From: Chiloscyllium plagiosum
Taxonomy: Eukaryota
Assembly (NCBI RefSeq): GCF_004010195.1
Contig: NW_025215096.1
Location: 1-63,030, forward strand
Length of the DNA: 63,030 nucleotides
Direction of reading: 5' to 3'
The notes under the pieces were generated by a model. It did not search any database, was not told where the DNA came from, and worked only from the letters and a program-made list of their open reading frames with translations. Of this stretch, positions 62,331-63,030 are shown piece after piece. The position numbers and the translations under genes were made by a program. The first letter of the stretch is position 1. Each line of letters begins with the position of its first letter.

Positions 62331-63030
62331 CGGTACATAGAAATTGAGTTGGTGTTCCAGTGAACAGAATGTGGAAAGAAAAAAAGTCAGACACGCAGCC
62401 ATAAATTCACTTGTTTCCAAAATTTATATGTTTTCTCTGAAACAGATTTTGTGATTATTTGATGTTTGCAAAGACCAGCCTGCCTGAGCAGTGAATTGAC
62501 TAAAATACAAGAAAATTCCTCACCGTTATCCAGGGCCTCCTTCTTTCTGTTAGTGTAAGGATTGTGGATGTTAATGATGGAGAGGTCGGAATAAACACAT
62601 ATTATTCTCACTTTCCTACTCTTAGGTCTCACAGTAAAATCTATGACCGCTGTCTGTTAATACATTTCGGTTTTTCAAGGGAACGCTTGGATTATGCACT
62701 AATTCTCATTAATAATCTCTTCCTCTAGAGACTCAATGTCAGTGGGACATGGGAGAGGTCGTGAGTTCCTCTCTGAAAATGGTGGATAGATCTCACCATT
62801 TTTTGAAATCCCTACTTTTGTCTGTTCTCTGGCCTGAGCTCCTGTGATCGCACACATGTGCACTCCATTCTCAAATCTGGAAGGCAGTTCAGAGACGAAT
62901 CCAACCCGTCTCATTTCAGTGTTCGTTGATATGGATCAGTTTCTTTTGACTCATGTAACATTTGCCCTTTCTAATTCCGTGACTGAGTCACTTATTGGTC
63001 ACTTATCTGAGTAGAAGTGGTCAGATTTAA

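Overview
Eukaryotic, repeat-dense DNA. The HE1-type SINEs, CR1 LINEs and Penelope families point to a cartilaginous fish (shark); this is inferred from repeat content. The only apparently intact protein gene is a two-exon class A GPCR of the GPR139/GPR142-like group on the minus strand: exon 1 at 13243-13090 (not in the ORF track), an 11.1-kb intron, exon 2 at 1973-1096, 343 aa. About 600 bp upstream of its ATG begins a 16.5-kb imperfect palindrome (13849-30335) ordered A-B-C-D-B'-C'-A', so two internal blocks are swapped at 4-bp microhomologies. Each arm carries a private retroelement insertion whose empty site survives in the other arm. The rest of the window holds two C2H2 zinc-finger pseudogenes, six tRNA relics (Glu x2, Asn, Asp x2, Val), many CR1 fragments and SINEs, and fold-back Penelope-like insertions with target-site duplications, 30-40 nt unpaired tails and minimal hammerhead ribozyme motifs. 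No prokaryotic features or CRISPR arrays were found. Boundaries of old repeats are approximate, and family names are recognised from memory, not from database searches.
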